Source: an uncultured candidate division Zixibacteria bacterium
GTDB lineage: Bacteria; Zixibacteria; MSB-5A5; UBA10806
DNA: 64,000 nucleotides
NCBI GenBank assembly: GCA_963817915.1
Contig: CAWFQL010000003.1
Location: 1 to 64,000, forward strand
Direction: 5' to 3'
Shown: piece by piece, positions 63,850-64,000 of the stretch
Layout: each line of letters begins with the position of its first letter
Numbering within the stretch: the stretch's first letter is position 1
Program-made: the position numbers and the translations under genes
Notes under the pieces: generated by a model
What the model was told of the DNA's origin: nothing
Databases searched by the model: none
Seen by the model: only the letters and a program-made list of their open reading frames with translations

Positions 63850-64000
63850 ATTTCATCGCTTTTATACTAAATTCGCCCGCATATCTCAATAGTTGCCCGG
63901 GGTATCAACCCCAGCTTCTTATACGTTTCATAGCCTGAATAATTATATGACGCTTTTATATCCAGTCAAGTCGATTAAATAGAAGAAATCCATCAAACTC

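Noticed and set aside
63850..64000. Partial gene at the right edge
   Set aside because: The minus-strand frames I checked contain stops and no recognisable protein

Overview
A 64-kb bacterial chromosome segment, probably from a Gram-negative FCB-related lineage such as candidate Zixibacteria. This is inferred from about nine secreted proteins carrying a C-terminal 'LSQNYPNPFN...LLK' sorting/Ig domain; one of them is cut off at the window edge. The housekeeping backbone is miaB, dnaA (not followed by dnaN; a candidate oriC lies beside it), hutH, thpR-recA-recX, tadA, nupC, tRNA-Asn, trpB2 with a 4-Trp attenuator, and a split mprF/acvB operon. Accessory genes for secreted or outer-membrane proteins, a hybrid kinase and a TIR protein are inserted into this backbone. 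Intergenic DNA holds at least six families of REP/REPIN-like hairpins, plus a RAYT gene and an IS200-type tnpA insertion. The main unexplained pattern is that accessory inserts are repeatedly bracketed by a second copy of a neighbouring gene end or promoter (hutH 5', thpR 3', nupC 3', tRNA 3', promoters). The coding copies differ almost only at synonymous sites, and two breakpoints sit right at the tail of the REP family that flanks the RAYT. This suggests an integrase-free, REP/RAYT- and homology-assisted route for accumulating gene cassettes. It is a hypothesis, and strain-mixing misassembly must be excluded first. Many single-base frameshifts, including in recA and trpB, are most likely sequencing errors.
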